Source: Girardia tigrina (taxonomy: Eukaryota). From it: a DNA stretch of 50,373 nt. Each line of letters opens with the position of its first letter. Position 1 is the stretch's first letter. The stretch spans positions 8,642 through 59,014 of the forward strand of contig MQRK01250777.1 in NCBI GenBank assembly GCA_001938485.1, in the 5' to 3' direction. Below the pieces are notes generated by a model. The model did not search any database. It had not been told where the DNA came from and was given only the letters and a program-made list of their open reading frames with translations. This document shows, in pieces, positions 50,203 to 50,373 of the stretch. The position numbers and the translations under genes are program-made.

Positions 50203-50373
50203 GTAACCATGGCAACGGTATAGGTTATCGCGGTTACCATGGCAACGGTCGCGATTACCATAGCAACGGTCGCGGTTACCATGGCAACGGTCGCGATTAC
50301 CATAGCAACGGTCGCGGTTACCATGGCAACGGTCGCGGTTACCATGGCAACGGTCGCGATCACCTTAGTTACG
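50203..50373. repeat. 21-bp tandem repeat composed of X-box-like palindromes
   Basis: Unit GTTACCATGGCAACGGTCGCG alternating with variant ATTACCATAGCAACGGTCGCG; runs to the window end. Confidence 0.92.

Noticed and set aside
50157-50363. Repetitive ORF MIATVAMVTATVA...
   Set aside because: Translation artefact of a 21-bp tandem repeat.
50203-50373. Possible CRISPR array
   Set aside because: No unique spacers, eukaryotic context, no cas genes.

Overview
Very AT-rich animal genomic DNA (no species assignment possible from sequence alone), with two short N gaps near 25.2 and 25.6 kb. One host gene is supported: a + strand type IV-like collagen with 26 manually traced GT-AG exons from 18469 to 50047 (~1316 codons). 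Its signal-peptide exon is not identified, and the NC1 domain should lie beyond the window. The chain is unusual: proline-poor, with about 40 Asn-Gly-Thr/Ser sequons inside the triple helix plus about 14 more in the N-terminus and interruptions. The rest of the window, including the large introns, is transposon debris: several mariner/Tc1/pogo copies, MULE and hAT-like remnants, piggyBac and hAT MITEs, many Penelope-like (PLE) fragments with minimal hammerhead ribozymes, and a Maverick/Polinton ATPase remnant. Three further standouts: (i) a Gypsy gag-protease element ending in an inverted 55-bp copy of its own LTR start yet flanked by a clean 5-bp TSD, with a solo LTR nearby that defines the LTR; (ii) a PLE 5' region carrying a 28S rRNA sarcin-ricin-loop fragment; (iii) a terminal 21-bp tandem array made of RFX X-box motifs.
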